From Nitrospiria bacterium (GTDB lineage Bacteria > Nitrospirota > Nitrospiria > JACQCE01), in NCBI GenBank assembly GCA_035517195.1, contig DATIZH010000027.1:67581-131580 (forward strand): 64,000 nucleotides of DNA. The letters are read 5' to 3'. Positions 33,733 to 41,323 of this stretch are shown one piece after another (positions within the stretch are counted from its first letter, which is position 1; every line of letters starts with the position of its first letter). The notes beneath the pieces are model-generated. The model worked only from the letters and a program-made list of their open reading frames with translations, ran no database searches and had not been told where the DNA came from. The position numbers and the translations under genes were made by a program.

Positions 33733-35727
33733 TTATGCACCGGCATCCCTCAACTGCACGGCCTGCCGTCGGTAACGGCGCGCCTCATCCGGCCGACCCA
33801 TCTGGTCGGCGACGAGGGCCAACGCCGATGCCGCCTGGGCCAGGGTCGGTTTATAGCGGAGCGCCTCCCGAAAATAGCGTTCCGCTTGCTCCAATCGTCG
33901 TTGTCTGACGGCAATTAGCCCAAGATTATACAGAGTTTGAAAATCACTGTAAAGCAATTGGTAGCGTTCATAGGCAGCCCGGCTGCCTTCCAGATTGCCC
34001 TGCTGATACTCGGCCACACCCAGATAGAGGGTCAGGTCCGGCTGGAAGGGCTCCCAACGGAGACCGTCCTTGATGATGGGTATCGCTTCCGCCCAATGCC
34101 GATCAGTCATCAACAGCCACGCCTCCCGCTGATAGGCGCCGGCAATCACTGGCCGGACAGCCTGGAAGATCAGCAGTCCGATGCCGATCAGTGCCGCTCC
34201 CCCCAGACTCCGTCGCGAGACCTTCGATGCCAGCCAAGCGGGAAGCGGAGCGATCCTTTGCCTCCCTCCGGCGGCCACAATCGTTGCCAATCCCAGCCAG
34301 AAAAGCAGGAGGGCCGCCGGCTGATGCAAAGGGAAATCGACCGCTGCGTGGGTCAGCAAGGCGGCCATGCCTGCCAATAGGCCGCAGAGCAAAGAAGGAG
34401 AAACTGGCTGGACACTATCGAACACGGACTTCTGGGCTGATGTTGTCGGTCCCACACCAATAGAGTTTATTCTGCGTAGCATCCCTAAGCCTCCCACAAA
34501 AAAATAAATTATGATTGCTACAAATAGAGATAATCCCACAATCCCGTTTTCAGCAGCCAGCTGGAGCCAGTCATTATGGGCATGCCCGGCCTCGTCATAA
34601 CTATGCTCGCTGGCCGGATAGACCGTTGCGGGATTCGGAAGCCGATCAAACACCAAGGCACGGTAGGGTTGATATTGCGCCCCAAATGTTCCTGTCCCGA
34701 TTCCAATGAATGGATGCGCGGCCACCATCTCCGCCGTCGTCTCCCACATCAACACCCGGCCCTTGACGCTGGGATCATCCCAAGAACGGCTGACGAGCTT
34801 ATGCCAATCCGCCCCCAGTGTCGGCACACGCCAGAACAGCAGGACAAGGAAGAGCACAATGAGACCTGCTCCTCCGGCACCGGCCAGGAAGATCTTTTTC
34901 TTTGACCATCGAAACGAGATCCCCCAGATCACCCATAGCGCCAGTACCCCGACAACGGCCGCCGCCAACCCACCTTTGCTGCGGGTCAGAAGCAACGCGG
35001 CGATCGAAAAGGCGACCGAGACCCAGAGCAGAATGGCTTCAGACCTATACAAGGAAACGGAGAGGCCTTTGAGCGCCGTCTCGCCGGCGGAATCGGTCGA
35101 CCGGCGGCGCCGGTTGACGGCCAGCGCGATCGTGACGGGGAGAAAAAACGCCAGGACCGCCGCCAGGTAATTGGCGTTCCCGATCGTTGAATAAATCTCG
35201 ACTTTGGACAGCAACGTCCGGCCGGGAAGGAATCGCACACCGTGTTCAAAATCCAGACCGAACCACTGCGCGACAGCCACCAATGCCACGACGCCGCTGA
35301 TGAACGACACGCCCAGCCAGAACCGCTCAAGATCATGTCGTCGTTCTGCGCAAAGGGGCACCAATACCAGCAGAAAGAGCAGATGAAGCGCAAACAACTG
35401 GGCGCGAACGGTCAACAGACTGTAGGGCGAGACCAGCAGCGACACCCACCCCCAACCCCAGAATGCCCATGCCATCCCCGCCAGCGGATGCCAGACGATC
35501 CGGATGGTCCGCTCGTTCAGCCAGCGCATCAGAACGACCCCGCCGAGCACGGCGATGCCGATCTTGATGAGGGCTTCCTTGGGGGTGTCAAACGACTCGT
35601 AGCTGGACCAGGTAAATCCGAGCAGCACGCTGCCGACCCATCCGGTCAGCAGCCAGAGCGGCGTCATGCGCGTAGCTTCACCCACCATCAGCCCCTGAGA
35701 CAAAAAGCAAGGGGGCCAATCCGCCAC
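33733..35727 (-). CDS. Wzy_C (O-antigen-ligase / O-oligosaccharyltransferase-like) polytopic membrane protein with C-terminal TPR repeats
   Basis: There are about 10-12 hydrophobic segments. The Wzy_C loop motif is EHSYDEAGHAHNDWLQLAAENGIVG. The C-terminal TPR-like region reads YLGVAEYQQGNLEGSRAAYERY...YNLGLIAVRQRRLEQAERYFREALRYKP. The start is GTG at 35,727; alternatives are ATG 35,688 and ATG 35,667. Confidence 0.75.
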   Translation of the reverse strand: MADWPPCFLSQGLMVGEATRMTPLWLLTGWVGSVLLGFTWSSYESFDTPKEALIKIGIAVLGGVVLMRWLNERTIRIVWHPLAGMAWAFWGWGWVSLLVSPYSLLTVRAQLFALHLLFLLVLVPLCAERRHDLERFWLGVSFISGVVALVAVAQWFGLDFEHGVRFLPGRTLLSKVEIYSTIGNANYLAAVLAFFLPVTIALAVNRRRRSTDSAGETALKGLSVSLYRSEAILLWVSVAFSIAALLLTRSKGGLAAAVVGVLALWVIWGISFRWSKKKIFLAGAGGAGLIVLFLVLLFWRVPTLGADWHKLVSRSWDDPSVKGRVLMWETTAEMVAAHPFIGIGTGTFGAQYQPYRALVFDRLPNPATVYPASEHSYDEAGHAHNDWLQLAAENGIVGLSLFVAIIIYFFVGGLGMLRRINSIGVGPTTSAQKSVFDSVQPVSPSLLCGLLAGMAALLTHAAVDFPLHQPAALLLFWLGLATIVAAGGRQRIAPLPAWLASKVSRRSLGGAALIGIGLLIFQAVRPVIAGAYQREAWLLMTDRHWAEAIPIIKDGLRWEPFQPDLTLYLGVAEYQQGNLEGSRAAYERYQLLYSDFQTLYNLGLIAVRQRRLEQAERYFREALRYKPTLAQAASALALVADQMGRPDEARRYRRQAVQLRDAGA

Positions 35728-35760
35728 TGCGGATCGGCCCCCTGCGTCCTTGACACCCTC

Positions 35761-37017
35761 TTACTTTTGGTGACAGCTAAGGCAGATCGCGCTCGCCTGG
35801 TTCGGGGCATGCGACCAGTAGGTCCCATTCACGATCCCGGCCGACAAGGCCGTTTGGTTGCCTCCGCCGGAGGGAAGCCCGACGCCGTTGTCAGCGAACA
35901 CGCCTGCATTATTCACATCGCTCGGAAGACGAAGGAAGAGCGTTCTCGGGGTGTGAGGATTGTGGCAGGAGGCGCATTCGATATACGCGCTGGTATTGCT
36001 TCCCGTTGCCACCGTTCCCCCGTCTGAGGCGTACGCCCGGATTCGGTCCCGCTTATCCTGGGGATAGATGCCGCCTCCGCCCTGATCCCGTTTCAAATAG
36101 AGCAGCTTCCCGTTCGGATCCGCCTCGGCGCCGGCGATCACCTGGCCAAATTGCGGATCACACCCGACCGCCACTGTTCCGCAAGGAATCTGGAAGCTGA
36201 TCGGATGGTCGTCGCGCAGATCGGTGCCGAGATTGGGGAATGGCTGGGCGCCAAAACCTCCAGTCAGGTCCTCCAATGTATCATTGGTATAGGTGGCACC
36301 GGCAAAGGGTCCTTGTCCCTGTATCGTGGTCGCCCCGGGACGGTTGCCTTCCTTAAAGGTCCGATTTCCATCCACGGCCCCGCCTGGCGTCGCACCGCCA
36401 TAGGCTCCAAACATCGCATTGGACAGCGTCGTGTCACCAGGGACCGGAGTGCCCAATGGCCCCGCTTGCGAATTCCCCGGCACATACCCGCCCGAACCTT
36501 GAAGGTTGATCAACGCATCAAAGGCGATCGTTCCATCATGGCAGGAGAGACAGGCCAAGGAGACCCCCTTGACTTTGCCGTTCAACGTCGTTGCCGAGGA
36601 AGCTTCAAACGACGGGGAGCCCGCTTGGTCGTAGGTTTGATAAGCCGTATCAGTGTTGATTTTGCGGTTCCACAACGGAGGGAATCCGGTATTCAGCAAT
36701 CCGGCATACCCCGCCCCGTGGGGCGTGTGGCAGTAGACGCACACTTCACTGCCGCCCTTGAGCGTGCTGGCGCTGCCGAAAAGGATATTGGGATTTTGAG
36801 CCAGATTGTGCTTGGTGGTGGAGACCGCCTCTGCGGGAAAGTGATCGGCATAGGCCAGGCTGCCCGCCACCACCCACATCAGCAGCCCACCCAACAGACC
36901 AACTCCGAACCGGATGGCACAGTGTCTGAGCCTCTGTATCACGTCACCCCTCCCTCCACGCACGTGCATGCGCCCTTGAATCATCCCACGAGAAAAGTGC
37001 AACCCAACTTTGTTCAT
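35761..37017 (-). CDS. Tetrahaem c-type cytochrome, paired-CXXCH type (418 aa)
   Basis: The sites are CVYCH, CLSCH, CASCH and CLSCH. The shared signature is TTKHNLAQ...VCVYCHTPHG...WNR...CLSCHDGTIAF...LRDDHPISF...CASCHNPH. The protein ends in CLSCHQK followed by the stop. Its signal peptide ends AGSLAYA. Confidence 0.85.
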   Translation of the reverse strand: MNKVGLHFSRGMIQGRMHVRGGRGDVIQRLRHCAIRFGVGLLGGLLMWVVAGSLAYADHFPAEAVSTTKHNLAQNPNILFGSASTLKGGSEVCVYCHTPHGAGYAGLLNTGFPPLWNRKINTDTAYQTYDQAGSPSFEASSATTLNGKVKGVSLACLSCHDGTIAFDALINLQGSGGYVPGNSQAGPLGTPVPGDTTLSNAMFGAYGGATPGGAVDGNRTFKEGNRPGATTIQGQGPFAGATYTNDTLEDLTGGFGAQPFPNLGTDLRDDHPISFQIPCGTVAVGCDPQFGQVIAGAEADPNGKLLYLKRDQGGGGIYPQDKRDRIRAYASDGGTVATGSNTSAYIECASCHNPHTPRTLFLRLPSDVNNAGVFADNGVGLPSGGGNQTALSAGIVNGTYWSHAPNQASAICLSCHQK

Positions 37018-37157
37018 TCGACCGATATTGCCGCTCTCAACGCTCCTTCATCCCCTCAACACGCGGATCTCATTCTCTGACTTGATAAGAATAGGTAACT
37101 GGGCCGGCAGCGTAGCACAATCAACCGGCCGTGTCCAGCGTTTTTTCCACGAACGGT

Positions 37158-38369
37158 TTACCCAAAATAGGGGATTGTCCTGTACAGGAGGCTAGATTTG
37201 TGTCCGTCAGGCGCCGCGTTGTGATCAACCGGTGGTTGAGGCGGTGCTGGGGCCGGACTGGTCACGGATTCTTTCACGGCATCAGGTTGTTGAATATATT
37301 GGAAGATCTGAACCTTTCTATTGTACTGATCCGCCACATAAATTTTGTCTTTTCCATCCACGGCCAATCCCGCCGGCAGCCAAAATTCACCTGGGCCCGT
37401 CCCCAGTCGGCCAAAGTAGAGCAACAGCCGGCCTTCAAGATCAAACAGTTGCACATTATTGAATGCCGCATCCACGACGTAGATATGATCCGCGCTGTCA
37501 AACCCGATCCCCTTGGGTTTGGAGAAATGGCCCAACGCCGTGCCGACGCCGCCAAATTTCCTGACGAATTTTCCATCCGGATCAAAGAGCTGGACTCTGA
37601 AGTTAAAACTGTCCATGACCGCCACGGTTCCCGACAGTCGGGAGACGGCGATGTTGGTGGGATAATTGAACTGTCCGTCCTCCGCTCCGCGGCCTCCGAA
37701 CTCGAACAGAAAATTGCCCTCCATGTCAAACACCGAGACCTTGTGTTTTTGAGTGTCGACGATATAGATGCGACCCAGCTTTTCGTTGACCGCGATGCCG
37801 ATCGGCCGCTCAAACCGCCCCCGTTCGCCGATGCCGAGCAAAAAATTTCCCTGCCGGTCATAGACGACAGCGCGTTTCTGGTAGCTGTCGGTGACGTAAA
37901 TTCTTCCCTGCGAATCGGTGGTCACGCCCAACGGCTTGCTGAGCACGCCCGGGCCTGACAACCCCAGGAGCGAGAATTTTCCCTGCGCCGGGTCAAACAC
38001 CATGATTTTTCCCCAGGCACTGTCCGCGACCAGCAACCGGCCCGACGGATCGACCGCAACGCCGTAGGGTTTTCCCATTCTTGCCGGCGGTTCCATCCCA
38101 ACGAGCTGATCCCAGATCCAATGCAGAAGCGAGAACTTCTGGACATCGGACTCCGAGGCGATGCTGCCGACATACCTGATTCTCGGCAAATCCGGAGGCG
38201 GAGGCCAGACCACATCTTCCTTCTGCTTCTTGGTGGTGGCGCAGCCCGCGACCGCACCCATCACCATGGCCAGCGTGATGACGACCACCACGGGCGCAGG
38301 CCACCGCGCGGGAACAGACCGGCAGCGCTCCGCGCGCCCCCCTTGCATCCCTCTCTGGCAATCGGACAT
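37158..38369 (-). CDS. NHL-repeat six-bladed beta-propeller lipoprotein (paralogue)
   Basis: Lipobox AVAGC is present. The N-terminal motif is WPPPPDLPRIRYVG. NHL blades include GRLLVADSAWGKIMVFD, GRIYVTDSYQKRAVVYD, GRIYIVDTQKHKVSVFD, VAVMDSFNFRVQLFD, HIYVVDAAFNNVQLFD and KIYVADQYNRKVQIF. ATG 38,369 begins 8 nt after the upstream TAA. The track start at 38,402 would overlap by 25 nt. Confidence 0.85.
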   Translation of the reverse strand: MSDCQRGMQGGRAERCRSVPARWPAPVVVVITLAMVMGAVAGCATTKKQKEDVVWPPPPDLPRIRYVGSIASESDVQKFSLLHWIWDQLVGMEPPARMGKPYGVAVDPSGRLLVADSAWGKIMVFDPAQGKFSLLGLSGPGVLSKPLGVTTDSQGRIYVTDSYQKRAVVYDRQGNFLLGIGERGRFERPIGIAVNEKLGRIYIVDTQKHKVSVFDMEGNFLFEFGGRGAEDGQFNYPTNIAVSRLSGTVAVMDSFNFRVQLFDPDGKFVRKFGGVGTALGHFSKPKGIGFDSADHIYVVDAAFNNVQLFDLEGRLLLYFGRLGTGPGEFWLPAGLAVDGKDKIYVADQYNRKVQIFQYIQQPDAVKESVTSPAPAPPQPPVDHNAAPDGHKSSLLYRTIPYFG

Positions 38370-38377
38370 CGGCGGTG

Positions 38378-39256
38378 TTACTTCTGATGGCAGGTCAGGC
38401 ATAATGCGCTGTTGCGATTGGAGGCGCGGAGAAAGGGATCGCGCCCTTCGATATTGCCTTCGTCAGGATTGTGCGGGTCATGGCACGAGGCGCATTGCAC
38501 TTTGTCCCCCGCAAAGGTTTGCACGCCGTTGGGGAACTCTCGACCGCCGTCTGATTTCATGATCATCGGCTGGTTAAAACCGGGGTCCTGGGCGTACGTC
38601 GGAAACGGCATGGAGATGGGGTGATCGTCCCGCAGATCGCGCGTCAGATACCGGATGGTCGCATCATGCGCGCCGCCGATGCCGCCATAGGCGCCTGAGA
38701 TCCGGTTGTGACATTTCCCGCACGTGTCGCTGCCGATGGAACCTTCGGCGTCCAACCGGTAATGCGTTCCAGAATCGCTCCAATCGTGGAATTTCGGCTT
38801 GTTCGCCACCGCATCCACCGCGACCGTGCCGTCGTGGCAGGACAGGCAGGCCAATGACACACCGTCGGGCCCGTTGGACAACGCATTGGGCGTGGCTTTT
38901 GAATCCAGGCTCACGCTGTTGAAGACCTGGTATTCTGCCGGACCGCCGCCGCCCCCTGCCGCACCGTCCGTCGGATTCTGCCGATTCCACATCGGGGCCA
39001 GGTTACTGCCATTGTGCGGCGTATGGCAGTAAATGCACGCCTCGCGATAATCGTTGAAGGTGGCGCCGGTCATGGGACCTGTTTCAGTCCCGTATCCACG
39101 CATATTGAAAAAGCTCAGGTCGTGGCGGGAGCCGAGGATGGAATTGCCCCTGGCCGTCACGGCCATCATGACGACCGACGCGCAGATGGCGACGGCGACA
39201 AAAACCGCCGATCGCCTTGCGCGACGGGGATGCTGTGCCCCCCACCCCATGGGCAT
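38378..39256 (-). CDS. Pentahaem c-type cytochrome, paired-CXXCH type (292 aa)
   Basis: The sites are CIYCH, CLSCH, CGKCH, CASCH and CLTCH. The shared signature is RHDLS...CIYCHTPHN...WNR...CLSCHDGTVAV...LRDDHPISM...CASCHDPH. The protein ends in CLTCHQK followed by the stop. A signal peptide is present, and GGGAGGTGG precedes the start. Confidence 0.85.
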   Translation of the reverse strand: MPMGWGAQHPRRARRSAVFVAVAICASVVMMAVTARGNSILGSRHDLSFFNMRGYGTETGPMTGATFNDYREACIYCHTPHNGSNLAPMWNRQNPTDGAAGGGGGPAEYQVFNSVSLDSKATPNALSNGPDGVSLACLSCHDGTVAVDAVANKPKFHDWSDSGTHYRLDAEGSIGSDTCGKCHNRISGAYGGIGGAHDATIRYLTRDLRDDHPISMPFPTYAQDPGFNQPMIMKSDGGREFPNGVQTFAGDKVQCASCHDPHNPDEGNIEGRDPFLRASNRNSALCLTCHQK

Positions 39257-39361
39257 GCCACCTCCCGGTTACGCCGGGTTGGACCACAACCCGGCGTGCT
39301 CCAAACTATAGAAAAACCAGGGCTCTGTCAGGACAAACATGCCTGTTTCTACAAGTGGTTA

Positions 39362-39390
39362 TAGATAACAACTCGGCAAAAAAAAGTCAA
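39362..39390 (-). promoter_or_regulatory. Sigma70-like promoter of the cytochrome/NHL operon
   Basis: The minus strand reads TTGACT (39,390-39,385), a 17-nt spacer, then TATCTA (39,367-39,362). It lies in an AT-rich gap about 100 nt upstream of the start at 39,256. Confidence 0.45.
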
Positions 39391-39431
39391 GGAAAATCGC
39401 CCCATAGAGCGCGTGTTGTGACTGGCAAAGA

Positions 39432-39450
39432 ATTCCGCGGCGCGCGGAAT
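39432..39450 (-). terminator. Hairpin terminator candidate after the Reg_prop gene
   Basis: ATTCCGCG-gcg-CGCGGAAT has a perfect 8-bp stem. It lies 12 nt after the stop at 39,463 and is followed on the minus strand by UCUUUG. The U-tract is weak. Confidence 0.4.
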
Positions 39451-39462
39451 CAGAAGCGTGGC

Positions 39463-40776
39463 TCAGCCCTCAAACTGCTGAGCCCCCTGGACGGGTCTCA
39501 ATTCGACCACCCCTCCCTTCTGGCCCAGCCAGATGGTGCCGGTCGGCGCCGGTGCGATCGCGTAGACGTCATCGCCCAGCAGACCGTCGGCTGTTGTCCA
39601 ACTCTTCCACTGCGATGAGGCAGGAGCCGCCGGATCAAAACGAGAGAGGCCATGGTTGGTCCCAAGCCAGAACACTCCGTGCTGATCGATTTCAATCGCG
39701 TAGACGATATTGCCGGCCAGGCCGTCCCGTGTGGCATAATTTCTCCATGTGCCGGCGCCGCCCGCGCCGTTCAACTCAAACCGGGAGAGCCCGCCGCCCC
39801 ACGTCCCGATCCATTTCACTCCATCACGGTCGATGGCGATGCAGAAGACATAATTCTCATTGTAGGTCTCCTTCCCCTTCTCATCCAGCACGCTCAAGTC
39901 ATGCCGCGTCGAGTATCCACCGGTCATGGTGCCCATTCCGGTGTTCTTGCTCCGATTCAATGCCAGGAGGTTGGACGCGCCCAGGCCGTCCACATGACGC
40001 CAGGTCCGCCATTGCCGCCCGGGCGGTGACGAGAGATCGAATCGACTGACGCCCGATTCCGTGCCGAACCAGACCGACTGATCATGATCAACCGCCACCG
40101 CATAGACCCACCGGTTGGCCAATCCATCCTTTTCGTTGTAGGTGGTGAACTGCTTCCCCTCGGCGGCGCGGGGGTTGTACCGGCTTACTCCGTCCCAGGT
40201 GCCCACCCACATGGAGCCGTCGGCGGCAAAATCCATGTCGTAGACCCAGAAATCCGACAGACCGTTGGCGGGAAGAAAATTGACCCATTGTCGGCCGGCG
40301 GTCACGGACGGGTCATAACGAACGAGCCCCCCGTTGTTCGTGCCGAACCATTTCGCCCCGTCGCGGGGATCGACATTGATCGTGAAGATATAATCACTCG
40401 CCATGCGATTGCCCACGCTGGCGCGCGTATAGGTCCGGATCAGATCGCCCGTCTTGTGGTTGACGGCCAGGATGCCGCGTGACGTGCCCACCCACAACGT
40501 GTCCCCCTCGACTTTCAACGCTCTGACGTAGCTTCCCTGACCCGTATCAAACGAGGAATAGGCGACATAGTCACCCGATGGCGGGGTGATCCGATGCAGG
40601 TGCAGCGTCGGGGCAGGTGTCGATGAGGCGCCCGGTCCGCACCCTCCGGCCGTGAATCCCAACAGGAATGCGGCCGCGCCTACCGCCACCCCTTTCCAGG
40701 CGCCGCCAACCCGGCGAACGGAACGTCTCAAACGTCTCATATGTGCCTGTCGAGAATCGTCCTGTAATGCGCGCAT
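39463..40776 (-). CDS. Reg_prop (two-component-regulator propeller) repeat lipoprotein with no kinase or other output domain
   Basis: Blades recur with W(V/F)GT..GG(L/V)(S/V)R(Y/F)(D/E), for example LWVGTSRGILAV, KWFGTNNGGLVRYD, MWVGTWDGVSRYN, VWFGTESGVSRFD, KWIGTWGGGLSRFE, FWLGTNHGLSRFD and IWLGQKGGVVEL. Lipobox FTAGGC is present. ATG 40,776 sits 10 nt after a TACAAT -10. An alternative start is ATG 40,740. The 521-aa track ORF overlaps the divergent gene. Confidence 0.8.
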   Translation of the reverse strand: MRALQDDSRQAHMRRLRRSVRRVGGAWKGVAVGAAAFLLGFTAGGCGPGASSTPAPTLHLHRITPPSGDYVAYSSFDTGQGSYVRALKVEGDTLWVGTSRGILAVNHKTGDLIRTYTRASVGNRMASDYIFTINVDPRDGAKWFGTNNGGLVRYDPSVTAGRQWVNFLPANGLSDFWVYDMDFAADGSMWVGTWDGVSRYNPRAAEGKQFTTYNEKDGLANRWVYAVAVDHDQSVWFGTESGVSRFDLSSPPGRQWRTWRHVDGLGASNLLALNRSKNTGMGTMTGGYSTRHDLSVLDEKGKETYNENYVFCIAIDRDGVKWIGTWGGGLSRFELNGAGGAGTWRNYATRDGLAGNIVYAIEIDQHGVFWLGTNHGLSRFDPAAPASSQWKSWTTADGLLGDDVYAIAPAPTGTIWLGQKGGVVELRPVQGAQQFEG

Positions 40777-40786
40777 GGCTGACCCG

Positions 40787-40815
40787 ATTGTAAAAATTCC
40801 CCCCTTGCAAGTCAA
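40787..40815 (-). promoter_or_regulatory. Near-consensus sigma70 promoter of the Reg_prop gene
   Basis: The minus strand reads TTGACT (40,815-40,810), a 17-nt spacer, then TACAAT (40,792-40,787). Confidence 0.55.
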
Positions 40816-40863
40816 TGAGCCGATACGGCCCGGACAACCCCGGCCACCCCCCCGTCCAACCCA

Positions 40864-40892
40864 TTGACAATTGACTCCTGCTGTGTTACGAA
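40864..40892 (+). promoter_or_regulatory. Possible promoter of the c7-cytochrome operon (weak -10)
   Basis: It reads TTGACA (40,864-40,869), a 17-nt spacer, then TACGAA (40,887-40,892). It lies back-to-back with the Reg_prop promoter. Confidence 0.3.
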
Positions 40893-40960
40893 CGTGGGGT
40901 TTCGCGGTTGCTTCCCCATGAAGAGGGGCGGGGGACAGCAGGAGACTGGGGCGGCGATTG

Positions 40961-41323
40961 ATGAGAAAGTTCTGGTTACCATTGGGCTTCATCATCGGAT
41001 TTGGTCTCTTGTTTTCCTCCGGGTCCACTCTCGCGGGATTTTACGGCGATATGGTGCTGAACAGCAAGGCCGAAAAGCGGGGGATGCCGCCCGTCATTTT
41101 TCCCCATTGGTATCACCGCATTGAGTTCAAATGCAAGGTCTGCCATCCCGCCATCTTTGAAATGCGCTCCGGTTCGAACGACATTGACATGAACAAGATC
41201 ATCAGCGGCCAGTTTTGCGGCAAGTGCCACAATGGCACGATCGCGTGGAAGCCGGTGCAGTGCGCGCGCTGCCATTCCGGCCAACCCGGCCTGACCACCG
41301 GACCGCTGATGGGAGTCAAATAG
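40961..41323 (+). CDS. Periplasmic c7-type trihaem cytochrome
   Basis: The signal peptide is MRKFWLPLGFIIGFGLLFSSGSTLA. The domain reads PPVIFPHWYHRIEFKCKVCHPAIFEM...MNKIISGQFCGKCHNGTIAW...CARCH. That gives three CXXCH sites in the c7/nanowire-trihaem arrangement. The track start at 40,958 is a TTG, and the ATG follows at 40,961. Confidence 0.8.
   Translation: MRKFWLPLGFIIGFGLLFSSGSTLAGFYGDMVLNSKAEKRGMPPVIFPHWYHRIEFKCKVCHPAIFEMRSGSNDIDMNKIISGQFCGKCHNGTIAWKPVQCARCHSGQPGLTTGPLMGVK

Noticed and set aside
40875-40945. A 10-bp inverted repeat (CTCCTGCTGT ... ACAGCAGGAG) enclosing two small G4/C4 hairpins ahead of the c7 gene. It could be an SD-sequestering element.
   Set aside because: Its 5' arm would lie upstream of the transcription start implied by the only promoter-like site (40,864-40,892). 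The AGGAG it covers is 15 nt from the ATG. The evidence is too inconsistent to call.
39463-41028. Longest-ORF starts for several genes: 41,028 for Reg_prop, 21,872 for the second PD40 gene, 41,215 and 41,781 for the c7/Reg_prop genes, 21,022 and 21,030 for the divergent pair, and 25,390 and 26,319 for the FGE genes.
   Set aside because: The extensions overlap neighbouring genes or promoters and encode Arg/Pro-rich non-signal sequence. Internal ATG/GTG starts yield canonical signal peptides or lipoboxes and tight gene junctions.
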